Shown: positions 36,348 through 44,679 of the stretch, piece by piece
How positions within the stretch are numbered: position 1 is the stretch's first letter
How the letters are laid out: each line of letters begins with the position of its first letter
Virus record (IMG/VR): IMGVR_UViG_3300049928_000025
Coordinates: 1 to 63,150 of that record
DNA from: a virus
Lineage: Duplodnaviria; Caudoviricetes
Reading direction: 5' to 3' (one strand)
DNA: 63,150 nucleotides
Program-made: the position numbers and the translations under genes
The notes under the pieces: model-generated
Databases searched by the model: none
What the model was told of the DNA's origin: nothing
Seen by the model: only the letters and a program-made list of their open reading frames with translations

Positions 36348-36422
36348 CTCCATATCGCGTCGTTATGGAGACTACATATCGACTTGATAGCATGTCAAGC
36401 TCCATATCGATGCGATATGGGG
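36348..36422. promoter_or_regulatory. Divergent operator region for the Arc-like pair
   Basis: CTCCATA-N9-TATGGAG (36348-70), CCATATCG-ATG-CGATATGG (36402-20), CTTGA..TCAAG (36383-99). Confidence 0.75.
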
Positions 36423-36429
36423 AGAGACG

Positions 36430-36834
36430 ATGCGCAAGCCCCGATCCGAATACCCCAGCGAGCAGGCCGACAAGTTCCTGCTGAGGTTTCCCAACGGCCT
36501 CCGCGACCGCATCAAGACGGCCGCCGATGCAAACGGCCGTTCAATGAACGCTGAAATAATCAACGTATTGGAGCAGCAATATCCACCAGAGCTAAGTGCC
36601 GATGAGTTGATTGCCGATCTTGAGTTTTTTGGAGAAATGTACGCCGCAAGAAAGAGTACAATCAGCGGCGCATATCTTAGAGACGTCATCTTGAGGCTGA
36701 AGGAAAAGCTTCGAAGCGAAGGCGTTCCCGACGCCGCCCTCGACCCCACCGCCCCCTCAACCCCCACCCCGCCCCCTTCCGAGAGTCCACGCCCTCAGGT
36801 CCGCCAAGGGGTCAGACGCAAGATGAAACTTTGA
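36430..36834 (+). CDS. Arc/Mnt family repressor
   Basis: DKFLLRFPNGLRDRIK.AA..NGRSMNAEI. Confidence 0.9.
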   Translation: MRKPRSEYPSEQADKFLLRFPNGLRDRIKTAADANGRSMNAEIINVLEQQYPPELSADELIADLEFFGEMYAARKSTISGAYLRDVILRLKEKLRSEGVPDAALDPTAPSTPTPPPSESPRPQVRQGVRRKMKL

Positions 36835-36892
36835 TCTCGCGCTTGCGTGATATCGTGCAGACCGCAAACGCCGATTCCATAAGGCCCCGTCC

Positions 36893-37180
36893 ATGAGCGC
36901 ATCCGCCGTCCTCAAGCTCCAGAAGGCCGGGTTCTCCACCGAACAGGTCGAGGCACTGGCCGACTTCATGGATACCCAGGCCGCCAGCAAGGCGGATCTG
37001 GACGCCGCCGTCCACAAGCTCGAACTCGGTCTTGCCGGTGTGCGGGCGGAGGTTGCCGATGCTCGCGCCGAGTCGCGCCTTCTTGAGCAGCGGATGACTG
37101 TGAAGCTCGGCGCCATGCTGGTGGCGCTTGCCGGGTTTCTTGTCGCCGTGCTGCGCTATCTACCGCCGGCCGGGCACTGA
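36893..37180 (+). CDS. DUF1640/CCDC90-like coiled-coil membrane protein
   Basis: L..AGFS.EQ.EAL..ASKADL..LEQRMTVKLG plus C-terminal TM. Confidence 0.75.
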   Translation: MSASAVLKLQKAGFSTEQVEALADFMDTQAASKADLDAAVHKLELGLAGVRAEVADARAESRLLEQRMTVKLGAMLVALAGFLVAVLRYLPPAGH

Positions 37181-37192
37181 GGAGGGCATCGA

Positions 37193-37288
37193 ATGACCGA
37201 GATCCAGATCCTGGCCTTCATCGTGACGCCGCTGTTCGCGGTCGCTGTCGGATGGGGTGTAGCCTACTGGGCGCGGCACGCCGGATGA
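37193..37288 (+). CDS. 31-aa membrane peptide
   Basis: GAGGAGG RBS; MTEIQILAFIVTPLFAVAVGWGVAYWARHAG. Confidence 0.6.
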   Translation: MTEIQILAFIVTPLFAVAVGWGVAYWARHAG

Positions 37289-37434
37289 CCGGCGCCACCT
37301 TCCTCTATCTCCTGCTCCCGCCCGCCGCCGCTCTCCTCCTGACCTGGGCGGCAGCTCGGCAGGTGAAGCGGGACACCGCACGGATCGACGCCATGCTGGC
37401 CGAGCGAGCCAAGCGGGCGTCCACCGAGGCCTGA
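37285..37434 (+). CDS. 49-aa membrane peptide
   Basis: ATGA overlap; MTGATFLYLLLPPAAALLLTW. Confidence 0.55.
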   Translation: MTGATFLYLLLPPAAALLLTWAAARQVKRDTARIDAMLAERAKRASTEA

Positions 37435-37440
37435 CCCGCC

Positions 37441-37662
37441 TCATATCCCCATCCACTCCGCCAACGCATCCGCCTCGCCGTCTGTCATCGGCGCCTTGTC
37501 CGGGTCCTGGGCCCTGTTCCAGGCCTGAACCAGTTCGTTGAACTCCTCAACGGACAGACCGTCGAGGCTCTGCAGCCCGATGATGAGGGCGCTCGCGCGG
37601 ATCGCGGCGAAGTCGATGCGGCCGTCGTCGGCCGCTACGAGGTCGCCGCTTTCCGGTTTCCC
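37441..37662 (-). CDS. Tail assembly chaperone frameshift extension (gpT-like)
   Basis: Open -1 frame after slippery GGGAAAC at 37662-37656. Confidence 0.7.
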   Translation of the reverse strand, partial: GKPESGDLVAADDGRIDFAAIRASALIIGLQSLDGLSVEEFNELVQAWNRAQDPDKAPMTDGEADALAEWMGI

Positions 37663-38009
37663 TCGTCTGCCTCCTCCTTGGGCGCGGGCGCGGGCGGCGG
37701 GTTGCCGAGCACGGCGGCCCCGAGGACCATCAGCGCCGTCGCGATGACCTCGACGAGCGGGGTGTCGTCGCCGGCGTATTCTCCGACGAGCTTGAGCGCT
37801 TGTTGCGCCGGCATCCCACCGCCGATGAGCCCGAGGCGGATGGTCTCCTGAGCGTCCTCGACCCGGGCCCGCCCATCGGCGAGCCGGGCCAGGATCTCCG
37901 GCGGCCCGGCGTTGCACTTCTCCTGCAGCTGCTTCAGCCGCGGGATGTCGAGGTGGAAGTGATGCTCGGCGTCGCCGAAGGGCAGGTCGATGCTGGTGCG
38001 CCGGGCCAT
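37635..38009 (-). CDS. Tail assembly chaperone (GTA gp10-like)
   Basis: F.L.I..L..LQEKC.AGP..ETIRLGLIGGGM. Confidence 0.8.
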   Translation of the reverse strand: MARRTSIDLPFGDAEHHFHLDIPRLKQLQEKCNAGPPEILARLADGRARVEDAQETIRLGLIGGGMPAQQALKLVGEYAGDDTPLVEVIATALMVLGAAVLGNPPPAPAPKEEADEGNRKAATS

Positions 38010-38011
38010 CG

Positions 38012-38461
38012 TCAGGCGCTCGCCGGGGTCCAGACGACGGGTCCCGTCGACTGCATCTCGATCGACTTGGTGACCCGGTTGCCCTTGGTCGCGCCGTCCT
38101 CCATCGACGAGAGGTGGAACTTGCCGAGCCAGTAGCCGCCGCCGGCCGCGAGGTTGCCGGACTTCTGGATACGGACCTGCACCGGCTGGTCGCTCTCATA
38201 GGCAGCACGCCACCGGTCCTCGCTCTCCCGGGCCATCACGCCCTGGCCGGAGACACGGACGCTCTTCGCGACCACGTCCCGCTCGGTCCACGAGGCGTTG
38301 TCCTCGTTGTCGCAGTCGGGCACGTTGGTGTCGGAGAGGTCCTTCGTGAACTGCACCGAGCGCTCGGTCAGGCCGCAGGGAGCAACGAAGGTGCCGGCCG
38401 TGGTCGTGCTCTCGAGCAAGACCTGATAGCCCGCGAAGCTGCGGGTGGTCGCCTGGGTCAT
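38012..38461 (-). CDS. Major tail tube protein
   Basis: F.APCGLT..PDC..W..SG.GV. Confidence 0.85.
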   Translation of the reverse strand: MTQATTRSFAGYQVLLESTTTAGTFVAPCGLTERSVQFTKDLSDTNVPDCDNEDNASWTERDVVAKSVRVSGQGVMARESEDRWRAAYESDQPVQVRIQKSGNLAAGGGYWLGKFHLSSMEDGATKGNRVTKSIEMQSTGPVVWTPASA

Positions 38462-38472
38462 GGCCTGTCCTT

Positions 38473-38667
38473 TCAGGTGGAGGAGGTGTCGGGGGTGTCG
38501 TCCTCGGCCCTGGCCTGCGGATCGATCAGTTCGGCGGCCTTGTCGGCGAGCGCGGCCTCGACTTGAGCCTGAGGCAGGCGCTTCTCTTCGCCCTTCTTGA
38601 ACATCATCACGACGTTGGACTTGGGCCAGAAATCCCAGTCGCGCAGAAACCTGACCCGAGCGGCCAT
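38473..38667 (-). CDS. Small virion-associated protein
   Basis: VRFLRDWDF; between tail terminator and tube genes. Confidence 0.65.
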   Translation of the reverse strand: MAARVRFLRDWDFWPKSNVVMMFKKGEEKRLPQAQVEAALADKAAELIDPQARAEDDTPDTSST

Positions 38668-38691
38668 GGGCGCATCCTTATGGTTGGCTGA

Positions 38692-39114
38692 TCAGCCCGC
38701 GACCTCGACCACGAGCGCGCGGAAACGGACGATGCCGTGCCAGTCGGCCGGCTGCTCGGCGTCGGGACCGGTCGTCGAACTGCGGTGATCGAGGCCGATC
38801 AGGACGCCCTCGGAGAGGGGTAGGGCCGCCTCGTCGAGCGCAGCGACGATGGCGGCGTTGAGGCGCTGCACGCCGCGGCTGCTGCGATCGGCACGCACAA
38901 ACGAATGGACGACCAACTCCGCCTCCATCCCGACCCAGCACGAGGCCTCCCAGGGGAGCACGGTGGGCGGGTCGAGGCGCAGGAACGGCCACGTCGGCTT
39001 GGCCTCGACGTAGTCCCGGACGCGCCCCTTCACGATCGCCGCCACGCCCGGGTTCTGCGCCAGGGCCAGCATCGCCGCCGAGGTCAGCGCGTCGGAGAAG
39101 TCGCGCGACGCCAT
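38692..39114 (-). CDS. Tail terminator (DUF3168-like)
   Basis: V.GRV.D...WPF...D..HG...FRA. Confidence 0.8.
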   Translation of the reverse strand: MASRDFSDALTSAAMLALAQNPGVAAIVKGRVRDYVEAKPTWPFLRLDPPTVLPWEASCWVGMEAELVVHSFVRADRSSRGVQRLNAAIVAALDEAALPLSEGVLIGLDHRSSTTGPDAEQPADWHGIVRFRALVVEVAG

Positions 39115-39527
39115 CAGCGCAGGCCCCGGGCCTTGGCGAGGCCTTCCAGGAAGTCAATTGCGGCCGCGTCCTGCTCGAGGCGGACAGCCGGCGCCATGAA
39201 GGGGCGGGCCGCCATCTTCGAAGTGCCGTACTCCAGCGCGGCGGCGTAGCCGGCGGTGACCCGCACCTCGGCGGTGAGCTCGTCAACCTGGACGACGCGG
39301 ATGGACCGGTCGAGGAAGTGGGTGTCAGCGTTCGGCGGCTCACCCGGCGCGGAGGGGACATGCCCGGCGCCGGAGACCGCGCCGTCGCGGATCAGGTGCA
39401 CGGCCCGGTTCGCGATCCGCTGGGCGCCCTTGAACACGCTCTGGCTGACCTGCCGCCGCGCATCCCGCGAAAGGTCGTCCAGTTTCGCTGTCACGCGCGA
39501 GACGTTGGTGACGCTGCCGCGGGCCAT
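39114..39527 (-). CDS. HK97 gp10-like neck protein
   Basis: SAPGEPP..DT..L..SI..YA..LEYGTSKMAARPFM.PA. Confidence 0.9.
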   Translation of the reverse strand: MARGSVTNVSRVTAKLDDLSRDARRQVSQSVFKGAQRIANRAVHLIRDGAVSGAGHVPSAPGEPPNADTHFLDRSIRVVQVDELTAEVRVTAGYAAALEYGTSKMAARPFMAPAVRLEQDAAAIDFLEGLAKARGLR

Positions 39528-39530
39528 GGT

Positions 39531-40529
39531 TCACCTGCCGAACAGGATTTCGAGGTCGCATTCGCAGTTGATCCGCTCGACGGCGGGCGCCCGCGGGTCG
39601 GCCGGGTAGCGCAGCACCGCGCCGCTGGCGCTCACGAACGAGGCCCGGGCCGGGACCGTCTGCCCGTTGAGCAGGCGGTGGGTGTGGCGCACGTTGGGCC
39701 CGCCCGAGTCGCGCCAGCGCTTTCGGACCTCTCCGATGTCGACCCGACCCGAGTCGCCGGCCTGCTCGAGCGCCTGGATGCGCGCCTCGTAGAGCGCAGG
39801 CGTCGTCTCGGTCTTGGCGATGGTCTCGCCCCGGTGCCGGAGCATCCGGCTCTCGTAGGCGGCGACCATGCGGGTGATCTGGTCGGAGTTGGGCGGCTTA
39901 CCCTCGGCGATCGCCCGCTTCAGGGCGCCGTCGTAGCGGGGATCGCGCAGCTGCCGCTCCAGGGCCGCCGGATCTGCGCGGGCGAGCTCGGCGGCATAGT
40001 TCCTGACGATGGCCTCCTGATAGGCCGTCAGTCCGATGATGCCGCCCGTCCGGCGCCCGGTTGCGCGATCGACGCGGCCGACGAGGTCGAGGGCAATTTC
40101 GCGCGGGTTGCGGCCCGCCTCCATGCCAGCGACGAGGCGCTGCCGGATCGCGAGGCGCTGGTCGTCGATGATCTCCCGGACCAGAGTCGCCGAATGGTCG
40201 CGCAGCCAGGCCTCGGCCAGCTGGCTGCGGATGTCGAAGACGGTGCTGATGCGACCGCCGTCAGGGCCGCGCACAGCCGGCAGCGCGTCGATGGTCGCCC
40301 TCCCGCCGCCCTCGAAGGCCTGCTCCAGCGCCGCGTCGAGCGGGCGGAACATCGCCGGCGCCAGCGGCACCGCGGCCACCGCCGCATCCGGGCCGATCGC
40401 CACGAGGCGCGCCGCGACGTGGTTCGGCTGCACCAGCGCTTTGATGTCAGCCACGACTTCCGCGAAGGCCTGCGCCACCTTGGGCGCCCAGGCGTCGAGC
40501 AGGGTCCCGAGCCCCCTGAAGATGGGCAT
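39531..40529 (-). CDS. MuF-like head morphogenesis protein
   Basis: IAKTET..KRW....VR.TH..LNGQ..LRYPAD..ERINCEC. Confidence 0.85.
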   Translation of the reverse strand: MPIFRGLGTLLDAWAPKVAQAFAEVVADIKALVQPNHVAARLVAIGPDAAVAAVPLAPAMFRPLDAALEQAFEGGGRATIDALPAVRGPDGGRISTVFDIRSQLAEAWLRDHSATLVREIIDDQRLAIRQRLVAGMEAGRNPREIALDLVGRVDRATGRRTGGIIGLTAYQEAIVRNYAAELARADPAALERQLRDPRYDGALKRAIAEGKPPNSDQITRMVAAYESRMLRHRGETIAKTETTPALYEARIQALEQAGDSGRVDIGEVRKRWRDSGGPNVRHTHRLLNGQTVPARASFVSASGAVLRYPADPRAPAVERINCECDLEILFGR

Positions 40530-40900
40530 CAGGGCTCCTCAGGCGGCGCTACGGGGACTGCCCGGACATCGTGGTAGCTGCGGGCCGGGTCCTGCGACAC
40601 GGACAGGATCCGATAGCGGCCGGTCGCGATCTCGATCTCGTCCTCGGTCGTCGGATCGGGGGACAGGCCAGCAGCGAGGATGTAGAGGCTGACCGACCCG
40701 TCCGGAATGCCGGCTCGGGCGCGGGCCTCATCGCTGATGGCGTTCGGCTGGTAGCGCATCGGGGAGGGCGTGAAGCCCGTGCTCGTGACGCGCTGGTCAG
40801 CGCCCCGGGCGAGCTCGGCGCGGTGCAGGGTGCCGGGGCGATAAAAGCTGCCGAAGGCCGCACCGAAAACCCGGGCGATATCGCCGTCAAGAAGGCCCAT
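40529..40900 (-). CDS. Head closure/stopper protein
   Basis: Position after adaptor; P...D.I..Y.I.SV..DPA. Confidence 0.7.
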   Translation of the reverse strand: MGLLDGDIARVFGAAFGSFYRPGTLHRAELARGADQRVTSTGFTPSPMRYQPNAISDEARARAGIPDGSVSLYILAAGLSPDPTTEDEIEIATGRYRILSVSQDPARSYHDVRAVPVAPPEEP

Positions 40901-40906
40901 AAGCGA

Positions 40907-41110
40907 TTAGCCTTCGGCGCTTTCAACCTTAGCAGCAGCCATCGTACAGAGGGCCACCATCAGAGCGAGATGGCCATGCGCCTCATCCACATCGCCTTCA
41001 GCTATAGCCTTCACTGCCCGCTGACCGGCCATTGCCGCGTCAACGAGCGATAGATTACACTTGCTGACGATTTTTTTAGCTCGCTCATAAGCGTCTGCGC
41101 CGGAATTCAT
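40907..41110 (-). CDS. Small AT-rich inserted gene
   Basis: Own purine-rich RBS region; compositional shift. Confidence 0.55.
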   Translation of the reverse strand: MNSGADAYERAKKIVSKCNLSLVDAAMAGQRAVKAIAEGDVDEAHGHLALMVALCTMAAAKVESAEG

Positions 41111-41130
41111 ATTTATTCTTTCCTTCCAGC

Positions 41131-41514
41131 CTATACCACCAACACGCCGACGAAACGGGAGCGGATGAGCGCCTGAAGGCGGCGGCCATAGGCGGTCTGG
41201 CCGTAGCCGGTCGCGTCCGAAACGGCCGACGAGGCCTGCCCTCGATCCAGGGAGAGGCCGCCGGAGCGGATTGACGAGAAGCCGAGCAGGCCGGTTGCCG
41301 CCAACTCGGCCTCGGTGCCGCCGCCCACCCCATCCAGCGTCAGCTCATGCGCCGCCTTCAGCATGACGGCCTGGCGCCGATCAGCGTCAGACCATCCGTC
41401 ATCCGCCACCGCCGCGGCGTAGTCCAAGGCGGCGGCAATCGTCGCATCAGCAGCCGACGCGAACGTGGGGAACCGGTCCTTGAAGTCTGTCGCGGTGGGG
41501 GCGGCGTAGGGCAT
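41131..41514 (-). CDS. Head-tail adaptor (DUF4054-like)
   Basis: FK.RFP.F..AAH.L..T.YG. Confidence 0.85.
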   Translation of the reverse strand: MPYAAPTATDFKDRFPTFASAADATIAAALDYAAAVADDGWSDADRRQAVMLKAAHELTLDGVGGGTEAELAATGLLGFSSIRSGGLSLDRGQASSAVSDATGYGQTAYGRRLQALIRSRFVGVLVV

Positions 41515-41517
41515 GGA

Positions 41518-41832
41518 TCAGCCCTTGACCTTCTCGGCCTGGGTGAGGAGGGTCTTGCGGCCCCACCGGTTGTCGACGGTCACGCCGCGGTCGACGAGAA
41601 AGGCGCGAAGCTCCTCGTCGGACAGCTTCTCGAGCTCGGCGTCGGGCTTCTGCGCCTCCTCCGGCGCGTCGCCCGTCACCGACCCGTCGAGGCTGAACCA
41701 GCCGGTCTTGCGGGCCGCGGCCAGATCGCCGTCCGACACGTCGAGGTCCCGGCTTTCGCCAGGAGCGAGCATGATCACGGCGCCTTCGGACCAGACGCCG
41801 CGCGGGCCTTCGGAGATGTTCTTGATCTGCAT
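41518..41832 (-). CDS. Small capsid-associated protein
   Basis: After capsid gene; helical C-terminal EELRAFL..G motif. Confidence 0.7.
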   Translation of the reverse strand: MQIKNISEGPRGVWSEGAVIMLAPGESRDLDVSDGDLAAARKTGWFSLDGSVTGDAPEEAQKPDAELEKLSDEELRAFLVDRGVTVDNRWGRKTLLTQAEKVKG

Positions 41833-41844
41833 CGTGACGTCTCC

Positions 41845-42807
41845 TCAGATGCCGTCGACGTAGGACACGGCGCCCGGCAGCCGGATCTCGGTCCCGCCGG
41901 TCCGCATGATGCCGGGGATCTCCCAGGCCATGCCGCTCTTCTGGAACGGCGGCAGGAAGCGGTGCGGCATCGGGAGGTGGAAGCGGAGCACCTCCGGGCT
42001 CCGGCGATAGGCGATCATGCGCTTGGTGCCGCCGGCGCCGGCTGTCTCGAGCGAGCGCAGACCGATGATTGTCAGCGGCTGCCGGGTCCGGGCGGTGTAG
42101 ACGTTGTTGTTGCGCAGGTACTCCAGCACGGTCGTGTCGCTGGTGGACGAGCGCGCGGTCGAGGACAGCGACAGCAGGCGGGAGGTCGGCAGCGCCAGCG
42201 TGTCGGCCATCTCCACCTCGACCGTCGAGGTGACGATGCCGGTCAGCGCCGCGTTGATGTCGCCGAGCTGCTGGTCCGGGGCCTTGGTGGGCCAGGTCGT
42301 GCTGGATCCCGTGCCGGTGGCCGCCGCCGTGACGGTCGGCACGTTCGGGTCGTTGACGAGGCCAGTCCAGTTCTTCTGGTTGGTGACGCCGTCCGGACGC
42401 CCGGTCATGGCGATGTTCCAGAGGAACTGTTCCGCCACGCGGCGGGCCGCCATCGCCTTCACGTCCGAGAGGTTGATGCCCTCCATCTGCGCGGTCATCA
42501 GTTCCTCCAGGCTCCACTCGTAGCCGATGCCGGCGAGCGCGAAGCCCTTGGTGAACTGGTTGCGCGACACGTCCGCGTAGGGCATGTCGAACCCCTTGCC
42601 GGAGATGAACTGCGCCTGCCCGGCCATGTCGACGGACGAGAACAGCGTACCGCGCGCCCACTCGTTGCCCTCGGTCACGACCGGGATCAGCGAAGCGTAG
42701 TCGAACGACGGATACTTCTGCTCGTAGATCGTCGCTTCGATGTTGTAGAACTGCGGACGGACGAAGCCCAGAGCCTGCTGGGCGTCATAAAGATTGATGG
42801 CACCCAT
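41845..42807 (-). CDS. Major capsid protein (DUF2184/encapsulin-like)
   Basis: IYE..Y..IPV..G..W..EEL..GL.N.PN..TGG..IR.P.A..YVDGI. Confidence 0.9.
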   Translation of the reverse strand: MGAINLYDAQQALGFVRPQFYNIEATIYEQKYPSFDYASLIPVVTEGNEWARGTLFSSVDMAGQAQFISGKGFDMPYADVSRNQFTKGFALAGIGYEWSLEELMTAQMEGINLSDVKAMAARRVAEQFLWNIAMTGRPDGVTNQKNWTGLVNDPNVPTVTAAATGTGSSTTWPTKAPDQQLGDINAALTGIVTSTVEVEMADTLALPTSRLLSLSSTARSSTSDTTVLEYLRNNNVYTARTRQPLTIIGLRSLETAGAGGTKRMIAYRRSPEVLRFHLPMPHRFLPPFQKSGMAWEIPGIMRTGGTEIRLPGAVSYVDGI

Positions 42808-42834
42808 CGCGGGCTCCTTCGTATCTGGTGTGGA

Positions 42835-43311
42835 TCAGGCCTTGCGGACGCGCAGGCGCACCATCGCGCCGCTCGTCACGGTGTCGTCGAACACGGCCGG
42901 AATGGCGGTGTTGCTGGTGGAGGTGGCGGTGATGAGCCCGGCCGAAGTGACGTAGGCCGCGGCGCCCTGGGTCGTATTGGACCCCGCCGTGACCCAGATC
43001 ACGCCCTCGTTGAGCAGGCCGGCCTCGCCGTTCTGATGGTAGATGTCGGCGGCAAACCCGCCCGCGACCACACCGGCCGTCGGCTGGATCGCGAGGTTGG
43101 CGATGGCGATGCCGAGGAACGCGCCCGCAGTGGCCGACGGCGTCGCCGTGCAGCCGCGGTCACCGGCGCCGCGGAAAGCCGCGCGGCCGAACGGCAGGCC
43201 CGCAGCGTCCTCGACGGTGCGGGAGAGGCGGTTGCCCTCCTCCCCGTTGGCGACCATGCCCGGGAAGCCAACCGGGATGGACTGGGTGTAGGTGCTCTGA
43301 ACGACTGCCAT
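42835..43311 (-). CDS. Capsid decoration/cement protein
   Basis: G.PGM.A..FGRA..FLGI..GVIWV. Confidence 0.8.
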   Translation of the reverse strand: MAVVQSTYTQSIPVGFPGMVANGEEGNRLSRTVEDAAGLPFGRAAFRGAGDRGCTATPSATAGAFLGIAIANLAIQPTAGVVAGGFAADIYHQNGEAGLLNEGVIWVTAGSNTTQGAAAYVTSAGLITATSTSNTAIPAVFDDTVTSGAMVRLRVRKA

Positions 43312-43334
43312 GGGGGTGCTCCTGTGTCTGGCGA

Positions 43335-44579
43335 TCAGGCCGCAGCCGGCGACTTGTAGGCGTTGCGCATGTCGGCGATCCGCTTGGCCTGGGCCGCGGC
43401 CGCGCGGGCCTCGGGGGACGCAGCGTCGCCGGTCTGGATGCCGGCAGTGAAGGCGTTGCGGATCGGGTCGCTGGCCGGGGCGATTGCGGTGAGGGCGGCG
43501 AACGCACCATCGATCGCAGCATACGACATGGTGGTGGCCGCATCGCCCATCCGGAGCGCGACGGCATCGCGGCGGATCTGCGCCTCGGTCTTGCCGGCGC
43601 CGTTGTAGGCATCGCCGAGAACAGCCTTGGCGGCGCTGAGAACCGCGGTGCGGGCCGCGACGGCGGCATCCAGCTTCGCCGGAGTCATCTGCGCGTCGGC
43701 GAGCTGCTGCTTGAGCACGGCGATCTCGCCGTCCTTGGCCTCTACCTCGCGGCGCACGCCGGCGATCTCGGCGTCCCTGGCGGTGGTCGCCGTGGTGTGA
43801 CCGGTGCGCGCCGCGTTGAGGTCGGCGGTCAGCTGCAGGTTGTCGGCGACGAGCGTCTGGTTCTGGCGCTGGAGGTCGGAGATGGCGATCGCCGCGGCGT
43901 CGCTGACCGTGACGGAGTGGTCACCGATGATGACGGTGCGCTCGGACATGGGCGCTGGTTTCCTCTGCTGGGGCTGGGGCGGGGTGAGCTGGTCTGAGAG
44001 CGCCCGCATGGTCTTGCCGTCGGCGGGGCGCTCGTCGCCGATGCGGCAGTCGGGGCCGGCGCGGCCCCGCGCCACGATGGCGACGTGGTCGACGACGATG
44101 CGGGTTTGGCGGGCGTCGTAGGGCCGGCCGTCCGGGGTCGTGCCGGGTGTCCAGTCCAGCGAGCACACGTAGCCAGCGGAGATCTCGCGACGCCGGCCCG
44201 ACTTGACGTCGTCGATCGCCGCCCGGTCCGCGAGCATCATGGGGATACGAACGAACTCGCCGTCGCGCACCACCTCGTCGCCGACGTGCCCGCGCGCGAC
44301 ACCGCCCCAGGTGTCGGGGGTAACCGGCGCCGGGGGATGGTCGAGGGTGACGGGCTTGTGGCCGAACGTCTTCAGGCTCTCCGCCCGGAATACCTCGTCG
44401 GCGTCGCGATAGATCCGGACCACGCCGAGATCCGGGCGGCCAACCTCGGCGCCGAGGTAATCCTGAATGTTGCCGCCGCGGGCCGCCCGGGCGTTCACCA
44501 GGAGGTTGCCGTTCGCCATCTCGCGCGCGTTCGCGATCTCGGCGTTGGCGCCGAGCGTCATGTGGTCGAAGAACTGCAT
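43335..44579 (-). CDS. DUF2213 prohead protease/scaffold
   Basis: R..DEVF..SL..F..KPVTLDHP..E.SAGY..DHVAIV..GRAG. Confidence 0.9.
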   Translation of the reverse strand: MQFFDHMTLGANAEIANAREMANGNLLVNARAARGGNIQDYLGAEVGRPDLGVVRIYRDADEVFRAESLKTFGHKPVTLDHPPAPVTPDTWGGVARGHVGDEVVRDGEFVRIPMMLADRAAIDDVKSGRRREISAGYVCSLDWTPGTTPDGRPYDARQTRIVVDHVAIVARGRAGPDCRIGDERPADGKTMRALSDQLTPPQPQQRKPAPMSERTVIIGDHSVTVSDAAAIAISDLQRQNQTLVADNLQLTADLNAARTGHTTATTARDAEIAGVRREVEAKDGEIAVLKQQLADAQMTPAKLDAAVAARTAVLSAAKAVLGDAYNGAGKTEAQIRRDAVALRMGDAATTMSYAAIDGAFAALTAIAPASDPIRNAFTAGIQTGDAASPEARAAAAQAKRIADMRNAYKSPAAA

Positions 44580-44679
44580 GGGATACCTAGCAGGTCACAC
44601 GTATAGTAATGGGTGCATAAATCCACGGGCCGTAAACGTGCCAGCCGTTGATCGCGGCGTGCCGAGCAAATTCATGGGC

